A stretch of 64,000 bases of DNA from a virus, in IMG/VR virus record IMGVR_UViG_3300010160_000036, positions 1 through 64,000 of that record; one strand, written 5' to 3'. Within the stretch, counting starts at the first letter, position 1; every line of letters starts with the position of its first letter. This document shows, piece after piece, positions 62,300-64,000 of this stretch. A program made the position numbers and the translations under genes. The notes below the pieces were generated by a model. The model worked only from the letters and a program-made list of their open reading frames with translations. It had not been told where the DNA came from and made no database searches.

Positions 62300-63696
62300 T
62301 GACAAACAAAATAATCCCTGTATGGGAACACGCTAAGCCGCACAAAGATAGTAAGAACAAGGTGTTCTGTATGGCACCTTGGACTCATACTTATATCAGT
62401 CCGCAATCTGAAAGACGATTGTGCTGTGCCTCACGTGAAGAACACTCATTTCAAAAACAATATATTGATAGTAGTAACGATTCAAAGTATGGAACTGTTA
62501 CTGAAAGTAAGACAGCACTAGATGACTACCAACCAGTAAGTTTAAAAGAACACTGGAATAGTGAATACATGAAAGACATTCGTGTGAAGCTAATGCGCGG
62601 CGAAGAGATTCCTCAATGTGATGTATGCAACAAGAACTTGTTGATGGAAGGTTATAGTTATCGTGGCTGGTTTACCGGCACCCTATTCAAAGATAAGATA
62701 GAAGAAGCTTTTGATAAGACAGATGACACTGGTTATACAACAATGGAACCAATAAGTTTTGATTATCGCTTTAGTAATCTATGTAACTTTAAGTGCCGTA
62801 TGTGCGGTGAGCAATTATCTAGTTCATGGGAAACTGAAAAGAAAGTAAATAATCTTTGGAACGAAAAGAATCAACCATTCATGATTCCTGAAATCAAATC
62901 AGCAATGAAAACTTTCCAAGAAGAAGTTGTTGAAGTTGAATTTCGTGATGCAGTAAGTCGTGGCATTGTAGAAGAAATGTATTGGGTCGGTGGTGAGCCA
63001 TTAATGTACGATATTCACTGGTGGACACTAGAAGAAATGTTAAAAAATGGTTCTTCTAAGAATTGCTACATGCGTTATAATAGTAATTTAAGTCGTGTTC
63101 AATTTGGTCAAAAGAATCTGTATGATTATCTTCCATTGTACAAAGATTGGATGATGTGTGCTAGCATTGATGGTACAGGCGAGATTGTAGAATACATTCG
63201 CACGGGTATCAAGTGGGACAAATGGCTTGAAAATTTTAAGAAAGGTCTAGAACTACCCAATGGCAAAGACAAGATGATACTTGACTTGACATTAACCGCA
63301 CCCGGTATGTTCTCGCTTAAAGAGTTGTTTGACTTGAGTATTGAGTTAGATGTTAAAATTGAAACTAAAACGACATTTGGCTTTCATGCTGATATTATGT
63401 GGACCCCATTAAGTTGGCCACGTGAAATATTAGACGAAGTGATTGATGATATCCTTGCATATATTACACCACGCGCTACTTGGAAGCAAGCAACATTAAT
63501 TGGTAACTTAGAAGCACTAAAGAATACACGTAAGACACATGAAGAAGAATGGCCTGATACTTATAAGCAAGCCGCATTGAACGGCAAGAATTGGGTCAAG
63601 AGATTAGAAAGTATCCGTGGAGATACAGATGTTACAATGCGTAGTATATACAGTCGCAATTCAAAACTATTGCAATGGTGGGACAACATAGGATGA
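62299..63696 (+). CDS. Radical SAM enzyme with N-terminal twitch/SPASM-like domain
   Basis: CNFKCRMC, VGGEPL, ASIDG; CMAPW...LCC...CDVC. Confidence 0.9.
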   Translation: MTNKIIPVWEHAKPHKDSKNKVFCMAPWTHTYISPQSERRLCCASREEHSFQKQYIDSSNDSKYGTVTESKTALDDYQPVSLKEHWNSEYMKDIRVKLMRGEEIPQCDVCNKNLLMEGYSYRGWFTGTLFKDKIEEAFDKTDDTGYTTMEPISFDYRFSNLCNFKCRMCGEQLSSSWETEKKVNNLWNEKNQPFMIPEIKSAMKTFQEEVVEVEFRDAVSRGIVEEMYWVGGEPLMYDIHWWTLEEMLKNGSSKNCYMRYNSNLSRVQFGQKNLYDYLPLYKDWMMCASIDGTGEIVEYIRTGIKWDKWLENFKKGLELPNGKDKMILDLTLTAPGMFSLKELFDLSIELDVKIETKTTFGFHADIMWTPLSWPREILDEVIDDILAYITPRATWKQATLIGNLEALKNTRKTHEEEWPDTYKQAALNGKNWVKRLESIRGDTDVTMRSIYSRNSKLLQWWDNIG

Positions 63697-64000
63697 GTAA
63701 TACATTATGCGTATTACCCTGGATGCATCTAGCAACACATCCAAACGGGGGCGCAAGCCTCTGTTGCCGTAGCAACCACACAGACGCAGTTAGTTGGGCA
63801 AAAAAATCTAACACACATAATCTTGTTATGTTAGATAACGATAGTGTGGAAGATATAATGAACAGCGAGAAGTTCGTTGAAGTTAGACAAGCAATGATTG
63901 ATGGTAAACGACCTGTTGAATGTGAAGGTTGTTGGAAAGATGAAGATGCTGGCATTAAAAGTAAACGCCAGTACGAGAATGAGCGTTGGGCACACATTAT
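63693..64000 (+). CDS. Fourth radical SAM paralogue, N-terminal part only (truncated by the window edge; absent from the ORF track)
   Basis: MSNTLCVLPWMHLATHPNGGASLCC...VRQAMIDGKRPVECEGCWKDE; same Cys pattern as the three upstream genes; ATGA overlap. Confidence 0.8.
   Translation, partial: MSNTLCVLPWMHLATHPNGGASLCCRSNHTDAVSWAKKSNTHNLVMLDNDSVEDIMNSEKFVEVRQAMIDGKRPVECEGCWKDEDAGIKSKRQYENERWAHI

Noticed and set aside
63632-63997. 121-aa minus-strand ORF at the right edge
   Set aside because: Antisense to the truncated fourth radical SAM gene starting at 63693.
1-64000. Stop-codon reassignment (the stops I checked are TAA or TGA, not TAG)
   Set aside because: Genes, including the 6145-aa ORF, are intact under the standard code; low TAG use is normal in AT-rich phages.

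Overview
AT-rich segment of a large T4-like (myovirus-type, probably jumbo) bacteriophage genome, standard genetic code. From left to right: two paralogous Asn/Gly/Thr-rich fibre genes (the first runs off the left edge); a degenerate HNH-like zinc protein; a DUF6165-like gene; a head module in T4 order on the minus strand (portal, two core proteins, prohead protease, scaffold, major capsid protein); a tape-measure-like gene with a lytic transglycosylase-like domain; a gp26/gp51-like pair joined by a canonical -1 frameshift signal; a ~460-nt highly structured non-coding region; Holliday junction resolvase, GIY-YIG endonuclease, gp46/gp47 (SbcCD/Rad50-Mre11) and gp55 late sigma factor; a plus-strand baseplate module with a 6145-aa giant protein; and a late, translationally coupled operon of three glycosyltransferase-like genes, a sulfotransferase-like gene and at least four tandem radical SAM paralogues. 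A late-promoter box (A/C)TAA(A/G)TA precedes most structural genes. The best candidates for undescribed biology are the ornate ncRNA at ~16720-17180, the gp26/gp51 frameshift, and the late glycosylation/sulfation/radical SAM operon next to the fibre genes. All calls rest on motif recognition and synteny read by eye; no database search was run. No terminase, sheath or tube gene, tRNA or CRISPR array was recognised.
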